A stretch of 53,444 nucleotides of DNA, filler included, from Sphacelaria rigidula (lineage: Eukaryota), in NCBI GenBank assembly GCA_964200075.2. It is 5 parts of 5 records of this genome, joined end to end, with 100 filler letters (N's around TTAATTAATTAA, not from the genome) between each part and the next. Parts side by side here need not be neighbours in the genome. Positions count along the whole stretch, not along the records: positions 42,838 to 53,444 come from CAXNAA020006209.1; 4 more parts are not named here. One strand, written 5' to 3'. Below the pieces are notes generated by a model, which saw nothing but the letters and a program-made list of their open reading frames with translations, made no database searches and was not told the DNA's origin. A program made the translations under genes and the position numbers. Numbering within the stretch: the stretch's first letter is position 1; every line of letters begins with the position of its first letter. This document shows, one piece after another, positions 47,306 to 53,444 of the stretch.

Positions 47306-48476
47306 ATGTGACGTCGCGATATAGCGCGTAGCGAGGGGTGATATCCTGCGTACACGTTGGCCGCAGACACAAGCGGCTGCATTCATGATGTGGCGAACTG
47401 CATAGGACAACGCGAAATCAATGCAGGACAGCGATGGGCTAAGAATATCACGTCCTGCGGTGTGCTTTGTCACCTTGCACCCCGCCGCTGTTCAGTGAGC
47501 AGGTAGTACCGCCGACCGCGTCACGCTGCGGTTGGTACGCAGTGTCGAACACAGCAGTCATCAGTGAATTTCATGTACCGTGCTTGTACATAGATATGTG
47601 CTCTGGAGACCGATGCGCACTCACACAGCAACTACTATAGCCATTATCGACCGATCAGGGGGGTATCCCCCTCCCCCCCTACGGCCGCAGCATGAGGTTT
47701 GGGCGACCTGGGGAATGGTGGTGCCGTCATTTCCCGATACGGGGCCCCTCGGCCCAGCGTGCAGCTGCTTGACGCTTGGCACTGCCCGAGAAACAACAGT
47801 TCGCAACTTATAGCCTATGGCATACCGAAAGCAAGTCGTGTACGTGTACTTCAAAACAGGAATGGCCGTGGCTGGGACTGGTGCGGGACGACCTAGCGGG
47901 AATTTGCCGGGAAAAGGGTCGCATCTCAGCGCCGGCTTCCTGCGGGGCCTTGCGAACGTAGGGCGACGGAGATAACACGAACACGATTTATTCTTCAATA
48001 CAACTTTACGCTTCAGTGCAATAACACATCACCACACTCCGCGCGCGTGCGGCAGACCTTCATTTTAGAGTAGAAGGGCCTAGCCGAGATCACTCCGGTT
48101 TTACCGCCGAAATCCGAAACCGCAACGTCACAAACACCGAAACAAATTGAAATTGGACGCGCCCTGGGCACAGGGTAATCTATACCTCATTCACGGGGGA
48201 AACAAAAAAACGTCACATCAGACACCCCGTGGTGGAACACATGAGAAATGCCGCCTGCGACTGCACTGCACTATACTGGATGTATTGCCCGAACGCCGCT
48301 GACAAAATTGATAAGACAAGAATCAAGAAAAAAGGAGTAAAGAAGAAAAAAAACTGTTCCGTTTTCCCATCGAAACAAAACTATCAACACTACTCGAACA
48401 TCGAAGATTGCTGAATTTCTAATGTACCGCGTATGCGATTACTCGTTGGAAATTCACTTTTTCTTTTTCTGTTCTG

Positions 48477-48748
48477 TTTTCTCACACCATGCCCAACAGT
48501 GGAGAGCGACAATGTCGTGGGTAAACAAAATTTGACTCAACGGTCGACGAGGGAAAGGGACCGCTAAACCCCTCTCGAGATAAAATATAAAAGCAAGCAC
48601 CGCAGAAGGAAGGTGGGGTACTAAAAACAAACAACAAAGAGAAGACTGCTTGCTATGTTGACCTTCCTGTGTGACCCCGGCTGATGCGCCCACATATACC
48701 GACAGGTGTAGACCAGCGTCCAGAATAGATGGGACGACAACACAACAC
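48477..48748 (+). mobile_element. Headless copy of the tRNA-SINE family
   Basis: Colinear with 8660-8928 from TTTCTCACAC to GGGACGACAACACAACAC. Confidence 0.85.
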
Positions 48749-48836
48749 TTGTCTCTGCGTACTATTAACAACGCTTTGGTGAGATAGAGAGCAGAGCGCT
48801 GATTGAGAGTGGCTTTGATCGTTCGCTTCAACTTAG

Positions 48837-49261
48837 AACACGGGATCTTACAAATTGGGGATGAGAAACTCGGAGAATTAAAATTTTCGCATCCACACCA
48901 AATCTTGGAAATATGGTTCCATTTCTTCACCAACTGATAGCTACTGACAACTGCTACACGCCGTAGAAATTTGGATTTCGATCACCAAAATGTCGCGATC
49001 CAAGGTGAAAAATCAATTTCGGAACCATTTTGGTGTCCGTTTGGACACCCAAATTTCCCCAAAACTGGTCTTTTACCTAGGACCCCAACATTTCGGTTAT
49101 CGAAATCCAAATTTGTATGACGTGTAGTAGTTGTCCAAAGCTATCAGTACGTGGAGAAATGGAACCATATTTCCAAGATTTGGTGTGGATGCGAAAATTT
49201 TAATTCTCCGAGTTTTCATCCCCAATAAAAGATCCATCCTCAATTTGTAAGATCCCGTGTT
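48837..49261. mobile_element. MITE with ~170-bp TIRs and 4-bp TSD TTAG
   Basis: TTAG|AACACGGGATCTTACAAATTG ... CAATTTGTAAGATCCCGTGTT|TTAG. Confidence 0.92.
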
Positions 49262-50347
49262 TTAGCCAGTTTCTCATTCCGTGTGTGCTGTTCTTTGCCT
49301 CCATGACTAGCGTGTGCTTACAGCTACACGTCGATATCCTACTCAGGGATATCAAGGGCCTTAGTGGAAAGCTACTACAGAAAGCATATCGGGCCTCGTG
49401 GAGGGGCATTCCGGAGCTGAAACGATTGGTTCACTAATGTTTATTATATGTCCCACGTATGTGGAGTTGGACGACACCCCCCTTACACAAATCTCACACA
49501 GCGCGTAACTCTCCCACGCATGCGCAGCACTCAGAACTACTACTCCCTGTCTCCCTTAGTTCATTTCAAGCCGCATCTCCCTCCACCAGCTCAATGAAGA
49601 AAGTGAAGGAAATTCCGGGCAAATCCGTGAGTATGTGACAAAAGCGCGTTTTCTTCATCCTTTTGGATTAGAGCAACGAAACCATCTCCCACATCCACTC
49701 ATTCGGCCATTTTCATTTCTTGTTTTTTACATGAACGGCCAAAAAACTAGAAATCATCACACCGTTGACAATGACATTACAGTGGCAAAAAGTGTACTGG
49801 GTATGGGATTGATTGTTGCGTCTATTGCCGTAGACAATATATTCCCTCCTGTATCAAGTACAATTTTTGACACTGCAATCTACCGTCATTATCTAGGGTG
49901 TGGAAACTGAAACCACGCACTCACACAGACAGAACCCAAACGGAAAAAAATGAGCAGCACAAAACAAAACAACCACTTTATTTCACTGTACCTGCACCTA
50001 CTTGTAAGCTTCTCTTCCCTGTTCTGCTTTTTTTTCTTCTTGTCTTGAGTGTTTTTCAACATGCTTATTTTCCATGTTACATCTAGAATGCGCGCATATT
50101 TTTCCAGGGTTGGCTGTAGGTTTTTTTTTTGAGGAGCATGATTACGAGATGCCTCATTCTTCAACACACTACATGACTATAATCACGTCCGGCTTACTAA
50201 GCGAACATCCGACCCGTGCATGCCACAATCAAAAAGAACCTATGCATGAAGCTCTCGTCTTACGAACAATTTACGACCTCTTTACTGCCAACGATCATGT
50301 CACAACTCACGTGTTCGATCTTGGACGATTACGATGATAATTTTTCG

Positions 50348-50569
50348 AGGGTCTACACGCTACACTCGTGACGTTCACTTTTCACGTCAAAAGTAAAGCC
50401 AGGCTAGTACCACGGTGGGGGATCAGGTGGGGAGCGCCCTGATTTGACTTGACTTTTGAACAGGGCTTCCCACGTGGTCCCCGTCCCCCACCGTAGTACT
50501 AGCCAGGCTTAACATTTGACGTGAAACGTGACAACACGTGACACGTAACACGTGTAACGTGTAGACCCT
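50348..50569. mobile_element. 222-bp foldback MITE with CACGTG-rich arms
   Basis: AGGGTCTACACG ... CGTGTAGACCCT; inner arms TTTCACGTCAAA.GT.AAGCC.GGCTAGTAC.ACGGTGGGG are mirrored. No clear TSD. Confidence 0.85.
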
Positions 50570-50874
50570 TGTTGTTATTCTCGTCGTGAGGAGCACGTTT
50601 CGTACGTTCCTGCGATTCTGCAACATCGTTCCCCAAGGAAACTTCCACAGGAAAAAAAAAAGAGGATTTTCCTCTCATTATATCGGGGCAGAGGAGAGAT
50701 GGCTTGACTGCTTCAGACGACGGACTCGTCCCGAGGAAGTGGAGTGGTAAGAAGTAAGAACAAAAGAAAAGAGAGAAAAAAAAAACGCAGGTTGACGTTT
50801 GAGGTCATGGCAACTGTAGTGATACATCTGCCATCCCCAGGGACATCGCCGTTAGTACGTTTGCCGCAGCTGAC

Positions 50875-51254
50875 AACACGAGATCTTACAAATTGGGGAT
50901 GGATATTTTATTGGGGATGAGAAACCCGTAGAATTCAAATCTTCGTATTAACATCAAATCTTCGAAATATGATTCCATTTCTTCACCTACTGATAGCTTT
51001 TGACAACTGCTAGACGCCATAGGAATTTGGATTTCGATTACCGAAATTCCCCCAAATTATGTTTTCACCTAGGACCCCAACACTTCGGTGATCGAAATCC
51101 AAGTTTTTACGGCGTCTAGCAGTTGTCAACAGCTGTCAGTAGGTGAAGAAATGGAACCATATTTCGAACATTTGGTGTTGATGCGAAGATTTTGATTCTC
51201 CGGGTTTCTCATCCCCAATAAAAGATCCATCCCCAATTTATAAGATCCCGTGTT
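50875..51254. mobile_element. Second copy of the AACACG MITE family, 4-bp TSD TGAC
   Basis: TGAC|AACACGAGATCTTACAAATTGGGG ... CCCCAATTTATAAGATCCCGTGTT|TGAC; central deletion relative to 48837-49261. Confidence 0.92.
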
Positions 51255-51969
51255 TGACCCGGTTCCCAGGAGAAAATTACTCTTCACCGTTCGTAAATCG
51301 TGGGTGCCCCGTCCACGCCACATCCACGAACCCAGACATTGCAACTGAAGCATCGACACAGCGCCCGCACTACTGTAGCCAGTCTTCCGTGGCGGCGGAG
51401 TGCTCTCACGGTGGTTGGCGATATGTATGCCATTTCTTCCGTGTAATTTGATGGCGATGTTCACGACCGTTTCATCTCTTGGCCTTCTTTGCCTTTGGTT
51501 TGGTCGATGCCGCCTTGCTCTTGCCACCGCTGCCGCCAGACGATGCTCGGGACTTTGCCTTCCCCTACGGAAGCGTCAGGTAAAATAAAAAGGGGGCATA
51601 GCACAGCGAAGACGCGAACACGCTCAGAGAGATGGAATATACACTAGCGAAGCTTATTATGTATGCCCACCATGAAATCGCCAGGAAAAATAGAAGGGCA
51701 GATATATACTGTAACGCAACAGAGACGCAAACACATTCAGAGAGAGGGAACCAACTTTGCTGGCCTACAAATATGTGTGCCAAATGAAGGCTTCAGGTGA
51801 AGTACAAAGCATATAACACATGATGGCCGAACACACTCTCAGAGACGGAACAAACTTTTGCGAGCCTACAAATTTGTATGCCCCATGATGGCGTCAGGTG
51901 AAAAAAGAGCTATATAGTGCAGCAAACACACGAGGGATACGGAACACACTTGTAAGCCTACAAATACGT

Positions 51970-52788
51970 GTAGTTTTTAGCTGAAACGGTATATTTTTTA
52001 TATGTTTTCGTAGTCAGCGATTTTCAACAGTGATTTAGCGTGCCATCGCTCATCCCAGTGAACGTGTGATCCCAAATATAGGGATCGGGAGATACTGGAT
52101 GTCCGCTCCACAATTCAAAACAAAACGATCTCTGCATTCACCAGTGAACGACCTACGGGCAGACCGATTCTCGGGAGGTTTTGCGACTATCCAACCCCAG
52201 ATCTGTCCCATACGTATTTTTTCTCGGTTGAAGCAATCCCAATCGCTCTCGTGAACAAATAAAGATGAGTTTTTTTTTAAACGTCTACCTACCCATTGCG
52301 CTACACCCAAAAAACTGTGCTTTTTTGGACAAGTGACGGTCGGTAACACTCCCTGATAAACGAGGTCCTTGCTCTGTATTACCCGACAACAGAAATTGAG
52401 GATTGTGTCCTGAGCACGACCTGTTTCTTTTCCCAGCGGAGCTCTGTATAGCGTAGGGGGGTGTGAACCAATCCCTGCAGCTCTTGTGAAGAATTTTACA
52501 GACCCTTATTTTTCACCTTCACCTAGTCATGGCCTCGAGCCGGGAATAAATGCGTTATGGACCAAAAACGGTCAAACACCCCCCCTGTGAGTTCAGCCCG
52601 TAGGACGCTCAATATTGAGTGCAGAGATTATTTTTCATCGAAATGTGGAGCTGATGCCTACCATCTCTCGGTCCCCAAACTTCGGAATCAGACGATCACT
52701 GGGATGAGCGGTGACACGCAAAGCAAATGATTGAAAATCGCCGACTACGAAAAAAGTACGAAGATCCCCTACTTCAGATGAATACTAC
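51970..52788. mobile_element. ~820-bp non-autonomous element with ~150-bp imperfect TIRs, inserted in the satellite
   Basis: TTTTCGTAGTCAGCGATTTTCAA...CGCTCATCCCAGTGA...GCTCCACA is mirrored by TGTGGAGC...TCACTGGGATGAGCG...TTGAAAATCGCCGACTACGAAAA. Confidence 0.85.
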
Positions 52789-53004
52789 TATAGTTGTGCC
52801 CCCTATGAGGGCATCAGGTAAAACAGAAAAGAGTATAAACGCAAACAAACTTTCAGAGACGGAACAGACTTGGAAGCCTACCAATACGTATGCCCCTCTA
52901 CGAAGGCATCCGGTGAAAAAGAAGGGGGTATACAACGCAGTAGAGACACGAACATACTGAGACAGACGGAACACACTCGCAATCCTACAAATATGTGTAC
53001 CCTA

Positions 53005-53119
53005 CACACGTTGGATAATGACAATATATGGTCAATAGTTGCAATAGACAAGGAGAGAACTGCGTAGAGTATAGACCTATTGCAACTATTGGTCACATAT
53101 GGCCATTATCCACCGTGTG
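53005..53119. mobile_element. 115-bp hairpin mini-element with 43-bp arms; related sequence at ~37480-37540
   Basis: CACACGTTGGATAATGACAATATATGGTCAATAGTTGCAATAG versus the reverse complement CACACGGTGGATAATGGCCATATGTGACCAATAGTTGCAATAG. Confidence 0.85.
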
Positions 53120-53444
53120 ATGCCCTCCGAAGGCGTCAGGGGAAGATAGGAAGCGCAGACTGCAAAAGAAAAGCGAACACGCAGAGTGACGGAGCACACT
53201 CATCGGTCTCTTTTCTGCACACCCTCTATGGAAGCATCAGGTAAAATAGAAAGGGCATACATACTACGCTACAGGGACGGGAACACGCTCAGAGAGGCGG
53301 AACACACCTTACAAGCCTACTACGTATACTCTACAAAGGCGTCGGGTGAAATAGAAAGGGTAAATAACGCAGCAGGTGCAGGGTGCGCATTAGGTGGTGT
53401 ACATCTGATGTAGCAAGCAGGATGTGTCGCAGTTGAGAGCTTCC

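Larger units (their letters stand above)
51562..53370. repeat. Degenerate ~105-bp satellite array (at least 9 units) interrupted by two insertions
   Basis: TCAGGT(G/A)AAA-like anchors at ~51576, 51681, 51793, 51894, 52814, 52909, 53136, 53237 and 53342, with CAGAGA..GGAACA and GCCTACAAAT..GT.TGCCC between them. Confidence 0.85.

Overview
Repeat-rich eukaryotic nuclear DNA, most consistent with a brown alga (Phaeophyceae). That assignment is an inference from long GT-AG introns, GC3-rich isolated exons and the repeat landscape. The window is not one locus. It is five scaffolds of 10610, 10610, 10609, 10608 and 10607 bp joined by identical 100-bp N44-TTAATTAATTAA-N44 linkers, so adjacency across linkers has no meaning. 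No complete gene, rRNA, functional tRNA or CRISPR array is present. Content: (i) isolated host exons, including a ~1.9-kb Ser/Gly/Pro-rich exon, a membrane-protein exon and two probable terminal exons; (ii) a decayed Ty3/gypsy pol 3' end with its LTR, where the integrase appears to end in a chromodomain-like plus a Tudor-like domain; (iii) LINE 3' fragments whose ORF stops 4 nt before a C-run and which stack inside C-runs; (iv) tRNA-derived SINEs and (AATC)n-tailed retroposon ends; (v) many non-autonomous TIR/foldback elements, including a family with clean 4-bp TSDs; (vi) micro-, mini- and ~105-bp satellites; (vii) several decayed coding remnants. All family assignments come from reading motifs by eye; no database search was run.
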